DNA of 64,000 nucleotides from Acidimicrobiia bacterium. GTDB taxonomy: Bacteria > Actinomycetota > Acidimicrobiia > IMCC26256 > BP-133. The notes under the pieces are model-generated. The model saw only the letters and a program-made list of their open reading frames with translations. It made no database searches and was not told the origin of the DNA. A program made the position numbers and the translations under genes. Below are positions 52,431 through 61,387 of this stretch, one piece after another. The DNA is taken from NCBI GenBank assembly GCA_044867425.1, contig JBIOUX010000167.1, positions 20,365 to 84,364 on the forward strand, read 5' to 3'. Numbering within the stretch: the stretch's first letter is position 1; every line of letters begins with the position of its first letter.

Positions 52431-52672
52431 CTGATCTCCGCCGCTGATCTCCAGTGAACCTCTATAGCTAGCGCCAATTTGCGCCTATGTGAGCGGCATT
52501 CTTTCTTAGACACCTTACCGCGGTTGGCCGAAGTGGATCGTTGACTATTCCTAACGTTCGTCATTTTTGTCAAATAACGGTTGTTGAATTCCACTTGAAG
52601 AGGTGCCTCTGTTGCTTTAGTTTTTGATGTGGGAAATGTTGGAAATCAGGAGAATTGAGAAGTTCTGCGCTG

Positions 52673-53230
52673 ATGAGATCACCTGCTGCCACCACCACCA
52701 CTGCCATCCGGGTGGGCATCGTGGACGAGAACGAGATGTTCGCCCTCGGGCTGCGGGCCGCCCTGGCCGGACAGCCGCGGATCGAGGTGACCACCGGGGA
52801 GCCCGCCGACGTCGCCGTCGTCTCCTGCACCGTCGCCGGCGAGCGCGCCTTCTCCTGCCCGCTGGTGGTGTGCGGCGATACCCCCACCCGCCTGGCCGAA
52901 GGCAATCAGGTGCTCGCCGTCCTGCCCCGCTCGACCCTCACCGCCGAGCAGCTGCTGGCCGGCATCCACGCCGCCGCGGCCGGGCTGCGGGTGATCCCGC
53001 TACCGGTGGCGCCGGTGGTCTCCCGGCTGGACGGCCGCCGTCTTGAAGTGCTCCGGCTCCTGGCCTCCGGCGCCGACACCCGCGAGATCGCCCAGCATCT
53101 CGGATACTCGGACCGGACCATCAAGAGCGTGGTCCGCGAGATCCAGCTGGCGCTCGGCACCCGCAACCGGGCCCAGGCGGTGGCCGAAGGGGTACGCCAA
53201 GGTCTCATCGGTCTGAGCGCCGAGGCCTGA
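52673..53230 (+). CDS. LuxR-family regulator with atypical receiver-like domain
   Basis: RVGIVDENEMFALGL; LDGRRLEVLRLLASG..IAQHLGYSDRTIK..RNRAQAVA. Confidence 0.85.
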   Translation: MRSPAATTTTAIRVGIVDENEMFALGLRAALAGQPRIEVTTGEPADVAVVSCTVAGERAFSCPLVVCGDTPTRLAEGNQVLAVLPRSTLTAEQLLAGIHAAAAGLRVIPLPVAPVVSRLDGRRLEVLRLLASGADTREIAQHLGYSDRTIKSVVREIQLALGTRNRAQAVAEGVRQGLIGLSAEA

Positions 53231-53405
53231 GCTCGGGCGCACCCGCCCCGCCGGGCGGTCCCTGCGGGCAGCCGGGCTGCCCCGCCTGCCCCCGGAGCCC
53301 GTATCGACCGGGTACCCGCCGGGACTTTCCCGCCCGCCCAGCCACACCCCAAAGACCGTCCGAAGGCATCTAGGAGCGGGTCGCCCGGATTGGTTGGATC
53401 GGCGC

Positions 53406-54029
53406 GTGATCGAGGAACGCCCCGTCCGTGTCTGGGTGGATGACGAGAACGACATCTTCCGCCTGGGGCTCACCGCTTGTTTGGAAACCCCCGGGTTCGT
53501 GGTGTCGGGTGAGAGCCGGTCCCTCGTTCCCGCTCCCGATCTCGCCCGCACCGACATCCTCGTCTTCGACCTCGCCGGCGGACGGCTGGGGGAGGTGGTG
53601 CGCCTCACCAAGGGCAACACCACCCGGCTGCTGGCCATCGCCGCCAGCGCGTCCGACGGGCTCCTGGTCGACGCCGTGGAGGCCGGGGTGGCCGGCGCCC
53701 TGGTCCGTTCCGAGGTCACGCCCTCGGCCTTGCTGCACTGCCTGCGCTCGGTCGCCCGGGGCAACGGTTCCGTTCCGGCCACAGTCCTGGCCAGCATCCT
53801 GACGGGGCAGGGCGGCGGGCGTCGGGGCGGGTCCTCCGGACACCTCACCGGCCGGGAGCTCGAGGTGCTGCGCCTCCTGTCGCGCGGTGAGAGCACCCGG
53901 GAGATCGCCGCGGGACTCTCCTACTCCGAGAAGACGGTCAAGAACATCGTGCACGACCTGCTCGTCCGGATGAACTGCCGCAACCGGGCCCAGGCCGTGG
54001 CCCTCGCCACCCAGCGGGGTCTCATCTGA
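53406..54029 (+). CDS. LuxR-family regulator with receiver-like domain
   Basis: VWVDDENDIFRLGL, DILVFD; LTGRELEVLRLLSRG..SYSEKTVKNIVH..RNRAQAVA. Confidence 0.88.
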   Translation: MIEERPVRVWVDDENDIFRLGLTACLETPGFVVSGESRSLVPAPDLARTDILVFDLAGGRLGEVVRLTKGNTTRLLAIAASASDGLLVDAVEAGVAGALVRSEVTPSALLHCLRSVARGNGSVPATVLASILTGQGGGRRGGSSGHLTGRELEVLRLLSRGESTREIAAGLSYSEKTVKNIVHDLLVRMNCRNRAQAVALATQRGLI

Positions 54030-54415
54030 TGTCCGCCAACCGGGTGGTGATCGGGGACTTCGGGGCCGTCGCCAGGATGGGACTGCTGGACCTCCTGGCC
54101 GCAGAGGGTCTCGAGGTGGTGGGGCGCGCCGAGCCGGCGGAGAGTCCCGGGGGGACAGGGGAGCGGGACCGCCCCGGCCAGGAGGGAATCGTCAGCCTCG
54201 TCAACGAAGTGCGCCCCGACGTCGTGGTGCTCGACCTCGACGACGAGTCCGCTCTGGAGGTGGCCGTCCAGATCACCTCCGCCTTCCCGGCGATCAAAGT
54301 CGTCGCCTGCTCCTCCGAGGAACCCGTCATGCAGGTGTTCCCCCCCTTTCACCACGGGGAGTCCTACCTGTCCCAGCTGACCCGGGCCCACCTGGCCCAG
54401 GCCCTGCAGCACTGA
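54029..54415 (+). CDS. Stand-alone receiver-like protein
   Basis: TGATG coupling; PDVVVLDLD, IKVVACSS. Confidence 0.7.
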   Translation: MSANRVVIGDFGAVARMGLLDLLAAEGLEVVGRAEPAESPGGTGERDRPGQEGIVSLVNEVRPDVVVLDLDDESALEVAVQITSAFPAIKVVACSSEEPVMQVFPPFHHGESYLSQLTRAHLAQALQH

Positions 54416-54437
54416 AGAAACGAAAGGAGCAACAAGC

Positions 54438-54749
54438 ATGCGTAGAAGCAGTTGCGTGTGGGTGGCGCTGCTGGCCCTGGTGTCCCTGGTGGCCACCGTT
54501 GGTCCCGTGAGCGCTTCCCCGACCGGGGACGGCACGTACGTGCCGGCCGCCCGAGGGTCCCAGGACCCCAACAATCCCGACAACTCGTCCTCCGAGACCA
54601 AGAAGAAGCCGCAGCAAGAGCCGTGCCCGCAGGAGCTGTGGAACATTGCCCTGCCCATCGAGGGTCTGGCCTGCATCCTCCTGCTGCCCAAGTCGGAGCC
54701 GCCCGACGGGAAGAAGGGAGAGGAGAACCGGAGAGGACTGTTCGGCTAG
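54438..54749 (+). CDS. Small secreted protein (103 aa)
   Basis: AAAGGAG SD; signal peptide ending VSA; two Cys in PCPQELWNIALPIEGLACILL. Confidence 0.7.
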   Translation: MRRSSCVWVALLALVSLVATVGPVSASPTGDGTYVPAARGSQDPNNPDNSSSETKKKPQQEPCPQELWNIALPIEGLACILLLPKSEPPDGKKGEENRRGLFG

Positions 54750-55032
54750 CCCATCCGTCTGGGACACCCCGGAAGGGGACGTCGTCCCGACGACGAGGAG
54801 TACCGGCTCCGGCCCTCATGTCGGTGCTGCTCGTCGTCGCCGCCGGCGCCCTTTCCGGGGCTTTTTCGCGTCCGGAGCCCGTCGGCGCCCCGGAGCCAGC
54901 CGGCGGGCCAACAGGCCCCCGGGCGGGGAACCGTCCGTCCCCCCCGGGGGGCCGGAAGACACCGGGCGGGGAACCGAGAACTGCCCCGGGGCCTCTGGGA
55001 GTGGGGTCCGGGGCCTGGTTGCATCCAGGGTC

Positions 55033-55458
55033 ATGGACATACGGGTGTGGATCGACGATCCCAACGTCATCTTCCGGATGGGGCTCGCCTGCTCCCTGCG
55101 CCGGTCCGGGTTCGTGCTCGTCGGCGAGAGCTGTGACTTCGTTCCGCAACCGGACCTGGACCGGACTGACATCCTCGTCTTCGATCTGGGGGAGCAGAGC
55201 CTGGGGTGGGCGCTGGGGCGGGCTGGGGAGCGCCGCCCCACACGGCTGCTGGGCCTGGTGGGCCCGGGCGGTCCGGACGGAGAGCTGACCCGCGGGCTCT
55301 GCACCGTGCTGGTGCGCTCCGAGCTCACCCCGACCGTGTTCGTCGACTGCCTCCAGTCGCTGGCCGACCTGGCCTCGCCGATCCCGCAGTCCCCGCCCCG
55401 GAGCCGGATCGGGCTCGTCCAACGACTGGGCCGGGCGATGCGGGAAGGGATGATGTGA
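55033..55458 (+). CDS. Receiver-like protein paralogous to the N-terminal domain of 53406..54029, no HTH
   Basis: IRVWIDDPNVIFRMGL..PDLDRTDILVFDL..LVRSELTP aligns by eye with the LuxR protein. Confidence 0.72.
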   Translation: MDIRVWIDDPNVIFRMGLACSLRRSGFVLVGESCDFVPQPDLDRTDILVFDLGEQSLGWALGRAGERRPTRLLGLVGPGGPDGELTRGLCTVLVRSELTPTVFVDCLQSLADLASPIPQSPPRSRIGLVQRLGRAMREGMM

Positions 55459-56336
55459 CGGTGGCCCGGGGCCAACGGCGCAGGGTGCTGGTGGCCGGCA
55501 TCCCCCGCTCGGGCACCACCTGGGTGGGCCGGGTGCTCGGCCAGGCCCGCGGAGCCTGCTACGTCCACGAGCCCGACAACCATCTCGTCCGGCCCCAGGC
55601 GTGGTGGGTCAAGCGCCGGCTGGGGGCCTACCCCCGCCTCCTGCCCGGGCAGCCGGCACCCGACTACGAGCGCCTCTTCCGAGTCGCCTTCGCCGGTGGC
55701 GCCCGGCCCTCCCTGGTCTCCACCTGGGCCCGGTCGGGCGACGTCGTGGTCAAGTCGATCTTCTGCGCCCGCTCGCTGGAGTGGCTGGCGGAGCGCTTCG
55801 AACCCGCCGTGGTCGTCGTCGAACGGCACCCGTTCGCCGTGATCGGCAGTTGGGCCGAACTCGGTTGGAACGGCTTCCTCGACGCCGATCCCGCGGCGGT
55901 GGCCGAGTGCCGGGCGGTCTTCGGGGTGCAACCGCCCCGAATCGGTGCCTCGTGGGTGGACCGGGCCGCCTGGCACTACGGCTTCCTCGCCGCCCTGCTG
56001 GGGCGGGCCCGGCACCGTCACCCGGAATGGCAGGTGGTGAGCCATGAAACGCTCTGCGCCGGACCGGAGAGGGAGTTCGAGGAGCTGAGTGACCGCCTCG
56101 GGTTGCGCTTCGGGGCCGGCGCCCGACAGTTCCTGCTGGCCTCCAACCGTCCGGGAGGGGGCTACTCCACCAACCGGGTCTGGGCCGAGCAGATCGGGGG
56201 TCGGTGCCGGCTGAACCCGTCCGAACAGGAACGGGTGACCGAGGTGCTGTCGCGGTTCGCGCCCGCGCCCGTCGCCGCTTCCCGCCGGGGACGGGCGCCG
56301 GCCCGTGTGCCCGCCCTCGTTCCCACCCGCCTGTGA
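55455..56336 (+). CDS. Sulfotransferase family protein
   Basis: VAGIPRSGTTW (5'-PSB loop), YVHEP, VVKS, RHP..VIGS; GTGA overlap with upstream gene. Confidence 0.8.
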   Translation: MTVARGQRRRVLVAGIPRSGTTWVGRVLGQARGACYVHEPDNHLVRPQAWWVKRRLGAYPRLLPGQPAPDYERLFRVAFAGGARPSLVSTWARSGDVVVKSIFCARSLEWLAERFEPAVVVVERHPFAVIGSWAELGWNGFLDADPAAVAECRAVFGVQPPRIGASWVDRAAWHYGFLAALLGRARHRHPEWQVVSHETLCAGPEREFEELSDRLGLRFGAGARQFLLASNRPGGGYSTNRVWAEQIGGRCRLNPSEQERVTEVLSRFAPAPVAASRRGRAPARVPALVPTRL

Positions 56337-57220
56337 GGCAGCCTGGGTCCCCCCGGGGCCGCCGTCGTCACGCCGGCGCCCTGGCCCTCCTGATGGCCGT
56401 CGTGACGGCGGCGCCGGGGGCCGGCGCCCAGACACCGGCGCCTGTCTGCCCGCCGGGGCGGGCGGGGGCGCTGCCGACGGGGACGGGGGAGACGTCGGGA
56501 ATCACCGCCTCGAGCCGGTTTCCGGGATGGGGATGGCTGATCCGCGATTCCGGGCACCCGCCGAGCCTCTACGCCGTCCGCTTCCTGGCCCGCGGGCGGT
56601 CCATCCTCCGGGAGGTCCGGGTCCGAGGGGCCGACAACACCGACTGGGAAGACGTGGCCTACGCCCGCAACCGGGACGGCACGGGGCGCCTCTACGTGGT
56701 GGAGAGCGGCCAGACGGGGCGGGACCACTACATCTACAAGATCCCCGAGCCCGATCCCCTGGGCCGGGGACGGTCGGTTGGGTTCCGCCGCTACCGCTAC
56801 GCCTATCCGACGGGCCGCCACTTCAACACCGAGGCCGCCTTCTTCCACCAGGACCGCCTGGTGCTGGTGACCAAGACGAGCCCGGCCCGGGTCTACCGGT
56901 TCGAAGGTCTGCTGTCGGAGCGGCGGGTGAACCGGCCCCGGTTCGTGGGGCTGCTGCGCGGCGCCCGGACGGTCTCCGTCACCCGGGTGTCGCCCGACGG
57001 GCGGGTGCTGGTGGCGGCCAACCACAACCGGCTCTACATCTACCGGTCCTCCGTCCCGAGTGCCGACCTGGCCCAGTTTGTGTTCCGCCGGCCGGACCAG
57101 TCCGAGCTGGTGGGCACCGGCGACAACATCGAAGCGGGCGACTTCTTCCCCTTCCGGCGCTGCGCACTGCTCCTGGCTGCGGAATCGAAGAACGTCTACC
57201 GGCTGGCGCCCGGCGGCTGA
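56333..57220 (+). CDS. Secreted propeller-like protein of unknown function
   Basis: GTGA overlap; signal peptide ending AGA; ETSG, IRDSG, DWEDVA, NTEA, LVTK motifs. Confidence 0.65.
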   Translation: MRQPGSPRGRRRHAGALALLMAVVTAAPGAGAQTPAPVCPPGRAGALPTGTGETSGITASSRFPGWGWLIRDSGHPPSLYAVRFLARGRSILREVRVRGADNTDWEDVAYARNRDGTGRLYVVESGQTGRDHYIYKIPEPDPLGRGRSVGFRRYRYAYPTGRHFNTEAAFFHQDRLVLVTKTSPARVYRFEGLLSERRVNRPRFVGLLRGARTVSVTRVSPDGRVLVAANHNRLYIYRSSVPSADLAQFVFRRPDQSELVGTGDNIEAGDFFPFRRCALLLAAESKNVYRLAPGG

Positions 57221-57226
57221 CCGTGG

Positions 57227-57670
57227 CTAGACGCTGCCCGTTTCCAGCAGCCGCTTGAGCCGCCCGTAGTCGCGGCGCACGCTGCGCCGCACCATGAGCC
57301 GGAGCAGCGGCTGGGCCAGGCGGTAGTAGCCCTGAGGGTCGCCCTCGACGGTCTCGTGGACATGGGTCCGCCCCGAGGCCACCGCTTCGGTCGTCCGGGT
57401 GACCGTCAAGGGGAATGTGCTCTTGGTGGTCTTGATGGTGACCCGCTTGCCAGGCTGGTGCTCGGTGACCACGAACGACGAGGCGATCTCCTTGCCCAGG
57501 AAGGCGGCCACCTGGTCGTAGGTGGACCCGACCCGGACTGGCGGCTCGGACGTCCACTTGCACGACTTCATGCCCTGGAGCCACCTGGGGTTGTTCTCGA
57601 CGTCCTCCAGGAAAGCGAAGACCTCGGGGACCGGACGGTCGATGTCGACGTCGGCAGTGACGGTGAGCAT
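57227..57670 (-). CDS. SRPBCC / polyketide-cyclase-like protein
   Basis: IDRPVPEVFAFLEDVENNPRW, VGST, RDYGRLKRLLE. Confidence 0.85.
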   Translation of the reverse strand: MLTVTADVDIDRPVPEVFAFLEDVENNPRWLQGMKSCKWTSEPPVRVGSTYDQVAAFLGKEIASSFVVTEHQPGKRVTIKTTKSTFPLTVTRTTEAVASGRTHVHETVEGDPQGYYRLAQPLLRLMVRRSVRRDYGRLKRLLETGSV

Positions 57671-58326
57671 GGCGCCAAACGTACCCGGTTGCGCTGCTGG
57701 CGAAGGTGGTTGCGCTTGACCCCCTGTGACGGGGAGAAACGCGACCACCTTGGTCGGGTGGCGCTGCAGTTGCCCGGGTTACCGTCCTGACGACGCAGGA
57801 CCTTCCCGGCGGCGGATGGAAGCAGGCCGATCAGAGGACCTGGCGCTCGGGTGAAGCTGATCCCGACAGGGCCTGGGCACGCCGCGCGCGCGACATCGGG
57901 AGCGTTACCGGCTGGCGTTCCTTTGAGAATGCCGGCGCCTCACGCTGGCTGTGGTGCCAGGCAACACCGCTCGCCTCCGCTTCCGACGCGGAGGCGGCGC
58001 TCAGCGATCTGCCACTCAAGCTGCTGAAGAATCTTCGAGCTGAGGTCAGCGTTGTGGGGAGCAGCGACGTGGACCCGCCCGCCCTCGAGCACGCGGATCA
58101 AGTCTGGGCACACGAGCAGGAGACCGAGTGCCCGACCGGTCGAGACGTGGCGCTCTACGTGGCCGCGGCGGTCGGCCGCATCGTCACCGTTGTCTCTGGC
58201 TCGAGTTCGGGTGAGGGCTGGAGTTGGGACGCCTTCGGTATCGTCGCCCGCCTCCAGGCCGAGCGAGCCGCCCACACCCTGGAGTGACGGGAGACAGCGT
58301 CCCTCAGGAGATGCGCCTGTCCGGGC

Positions 58327-59691
58327 TCAGAACAGCGAGAGGTACTTCCTGATCTCCCAGTCGCTGACCTGCTCGTGGTACTCGGCCCACTCCTGCTGCT
58401 TGACCCGCACGTAGTAGTCGACGTAGTCCTCGCCGACCACCGGCCCCAGGGCCTCCCGGAGCACCCGGTCCTCGGCCAGGTTCCTGGTGGCGTCGAGGAG
58501 GTTGCCGGGCAGGACGCCGATGCCCCGGCGCCGGATCTCGTCCTCTCCCACCTCGTAGAGGTTGTCGTGGTTGGGTTCGCCGGGATCCAGCTTGCGGGCG
58601 ATGCCGTCCAGGCCCGAGGCGATGACCACGGTGGCGGCCAGGTAGGGGTTGCAGCTCCCGTCGACGGTGCGGTCCTCGAACCGGTCGGGGGCGGGGGTGC
58701 GGATCATCTGGGTCCGGTTGTTGCCGCCGTAGGTGATGTAGACCGGCGACCACGTGGCCCCCGAGGCCGGCGCCGCCACCTTGAGCCGCTTGTAGGAGTT
58801 GACGGTGGGGGCGGTCACGGCGATGTAGGCCTTGGCGTGCTCGAGCAGCCCGCCCACGAACTGGTACGACAGCTCGGAGTGCCCGAGGCCGCGGGTGTCG
58901 TCGGGGTCGGTGAAGAGGTTGGTGTCGGTCTCGGCGTCCCACAGGCTCAGGTGCATGTGGCAGCCGGTGCCGGTCAGGTGCCCGAAGGGCTTGGGCATGA
59001 ACGTGGCCAGGATCCCCTGCTGCTGAGCCAGGGTGTGGACCATGTAGCGGAAGAACACCACCCGGTCGGCGGTGGTGAGGGCGTCGTTGAAGACGAAGTT
59101 GGATTCGAACTGGCTGTTGGCGTCCTCGTGGTCGTTGGCGTAGTTGTCCCAGCCCAGTTCGGTCTCGTAGCGGGAGAGCGTGGTGATGAAGTCGTAGCGG
59201 CGGGTGAGGCCCTTCATGTCGTAACAGGGCCGGTCCAGGGTGTCGAGCGGGTCGGCGATCTCGAGCTTGCCGCCCTCCTGGCGGACGAGGAAGAACTCCG
59301 CCTCCATGCCCGTCTTGGCCACATAGCCGAGCGACCGGACCCGGGCCAGCTGTCGGCGCAGGATGGTCCGGGGGCAGTAGGGCCAGGGCTCGCCCTCCAC
59401 GTAGATGTCACACGCCAGGCGGGCCAGGTTCGGCTGCCAGGGCACCGGGGTGAAGCTGGCCGGGTCGGGCATGGCCGCCATGTCCGGGCTGTGGGGGCCC
59501 TGGCCGATCTCGCCGGCGGCGAACCCGGCGAACCCGGCCCCGTCGGCGAAGAGGTCGTCGAGGTGGCGGGCGGGGACGAGCTTGCCCGAAGGCTTGCCCC
59601 ACATGTCGACGAACTGGGCGAAAAGGAACTCGATGCCGCGTTCCTCGATCTCGGCCCGGACGTCCTCCATGGTCTGCGGCCGCTCAAGCAT
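58327..59691 (-). CDS. gmaS: Glutamine-synthetase-like enzyme, probable gamma-glutamylmethylamide synthetase
   Basis: DGAGFAGFAA, DHEDANSQFE, FMPKPF, GTGCHMH, PTVNSYKRL, NNRT, DGSCNPYL; divergent from mgsABC. Confidence 0.8.
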   Translation of the reverse strand: MLERPQTMEDVRAEIEERGIEFLFAQFVDMWGKPSGKLVPARHLDDLFADGAGFAGFAAGEIGQGPHSPDMAAMPDPASFTPVPWQPNLARLACDIYVEGEPWPYCPRTILRRQLARVRSLGYVAKTGMEAEFFLVRQEGGKLEIADPLDTLDRPCYDMKGLTRRYDFITTLSRYETELGWDNYANDHEDANSQFESNFVFNDALTTADRVVFFRYMVHTLAQQQGILATFMPKPFGHLTGTGCHMHLSLWDAETDTNLFTDPDDTRGLGHSELSYQFVGGLLEHAKAYIAVTAPTVNSYKRLKVAAPASGATWSPVYITYGGNNRTQMIRTPAPDRFEDRTVDGSCNPYLAATVVIASGLDGIARKLDPGEPNHDNLYEVGEDEIRRRGIGVLPGNLLDATRNLAEDRVLREALGPVVGEDYVDYYVRVKQQEWAEYHEQVSDWEIRKYLSLF

Positions 59692-59774
59692 GCCGTCCCC
59701 CCCTCTGGGCGCTGACAATAGGGAGAGTGCAAAGCTAGCTTCAACGGCGTTGTCCGGATTCTGAAGGAGATCGT

Positions 59775-60686
59775 GTGTGCGGCCTGGTCGGGATCTTCTA
59801 CAAGCAGGCTGACGAAACCGGACCGGGTCCGGTGGGCGACGTGCTCGTCCGCATGGCTCAGGACCTGTACCGGCGGGGACCCGACTCCACCGGATTCGCC
59901 GTCTACGGCGAGCCGCGGCCCGGCACGCTCGTCGTCCGGGTGGATATCGACGGGCCGGAACCCGTCTCCGCCCTCGACCTGGTTGCGATCGCCGCCGAGC
60001 AACTCGTGCCGGTCAGGGGCGGGCAGGTCATCGGGCGCAGCGTCCGCCTCCAGGTCGCCTCCGACGCCGAGGGCAAGCTGGCCGACTGGATCGAGGAGCG
60101 GGTCCCGGGGGCCCGGGTCTTCTCCGTGGGCACGGCCATGGAGATCGTCAAAGACGTCGGCCCGGCCACCCACGTCGACGGGACCTACGGGGTGTCGGCC
60201 CTGGTTGGGACGCACGGGATCGCCCACACCCGGATGGCCACGGAGTCGAGGGTGGACATCGCCCACTCCCACCCCTTCTGGGCCCGTCCCTTCCCCGACA
60301 TCGCCGTCGTCCACAACGGGACGATCACGAACTACCACCAGCTCCGGCGCCGGCTGGAGATGAAGGGCCATCGCTTCTCCACCCACAACGACTCGGAGGT
60401 GATCGCCGTCTACATCGCCGACCGGCTGCAGCGGGGGTCGTCGCTGGAGGAGGCGCTGCGGGCGTCGGTCCGGGAGCTGGACGGCACCTTCGCCTACCTC
60501 ATCTCCACCGACCGGGGGATCGGGTTGGCCCGGGACCAGTTCGCCACCAAGCCGCTGCTCTACGCCGAGAACGACGAGGTTGTGGTCCTGTCCTCGGAGG
60601 AAGTCGCCGTGCGCAGCGTCTTTGCCGACCCGGGGCTCGTCCCGGATGAGCTCGGGGCCAAGGAGGTCCGCTGGTGGCTCAGGTAG
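59775..60686 (+). CDS. mgsA: Class II glutamine amidotransferase-like N-methylglutamate synthase subunit A (GlxB-like)
   Basis: N-terminal (M)CGLVG, HTRMATES, HSHPF, HNG, NDSEV; AAGGAG SD. Confidence 0.82.
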   Translation: MCGLVGIFYKQADETGPGPVGDVLVRMAQDLYRRGPDSTGFAVYGEPRPGTLVVRVDIDGPEPVSALDLVAIAAEQLVPVRGGQVIGRSVRLQVASDAEGKLADWIEERVPGARVFSVGTAMEIVKDVGPATHVDGTYGVSALVGTHGIAHTRMATESRVDIAHSHPFWARPFPDIAVVHNGTITNYHQLRRRLEMKGHRFSTHNDSEVIAVYIADRLQRGSSLEEALRASVRELDGTFAYLISTDRGIGLARDQFATKPLLYAENDEVVVLSSEEVAVRSVFADPGLVPDELGAKEVRWWLR

Positions 60687-61387
60687 CGGCCTTCGCTCCG
60701 GTTGTCGACTGCGCCGAGCTGACGACCCGGGAGATCAACCAGGCGATCCGGCTCCTCGTGAACGAGGGCAGCGGCGACATCTTCGTCAGCCATCCGGCGG
60801 CCCGGCACAACCTGGCCGTGGCCCTGGTGGGGCACAGCCGGATCCGCTTCGACGGCCCCGTGGGCTGGTACGCCGCCGGGATGAACGACGGCCCCCATGT
60901 CGTCGTCAACGGCAACTGCGGGTGGGGCGTGGCCGAGTGCATGATGAGCGGGCAGGTCGAGGTCCACGGCCATGCCGGCTCCGGCGCCGCCGCCTCCATC
61001 CGCGGGGGTCTGGTCTACGTCGCCGGCAACGCCGGCGCCCGGGCCGGCATCGCCATGAAGGGCGGCACCCTCATCGTCGGCGGAGACGTCGGTTACATGT
61101 CGGGGTTCATGATGCAGCGAGGCACGATGATCATCTGCGGCAACGCCGCCGACGGCTTGGGCGACTCCATGTACGAGGGGATCATCTACATCGCCGGCGC
61201 CGTCGAGAGCTACGGGGCCGATGCCGTCGAGGCCCCGCTGACCGACGAGGACCGGGGAACGCTCACCGCCGCCCTCGCCCCCTTCGGGATTCCCACGCCC
61301 CCCGAGGCGTTCAGGAAGATCGAGGCCGGCCGGCGGTTGTGGAACTTCTCCACCAAGGAGCCCGAGCTCTGGAGGGGAGCGCTGTGA
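60674..61387 (+). CDS. mgsB: GXGXG-repeat N-methylglutamate synthase subunit B (GlxC-like)
   Basis: ARHNLAV, repeated GxAG motifs, GDSMYEG. Confidence 0.82.
   Translation: MAQVAAFAPVVDCAELTTREINQAIRLLVNEGSGDIFVSHPAARHNLAVALVGHSRIRFDGPVGWYAAGMNDGPHVVVNGNCGWGVAECMMSGQVEVHGHAGSGAAASIRGGLVYVAGNAGARAGIAMKGGTLIVGGDVGYMSGFMMQRGTMIICGNAADGLGDSMYEGIIYIAGAVESYGADAVEAPLTDEDRGTLTAALAPFGIPTPPEAFRKIEAGRRLWNFSTKEPELWRGAL

Noticed and set aside
57750-58300. Short ORFs 57831..58019 (-), 57940..58275 (-) and 58054..58287 (+)
   Set aside because: No recognisable motifs or convincing ribosome-binding sites; cannot choose among overlapping frames.
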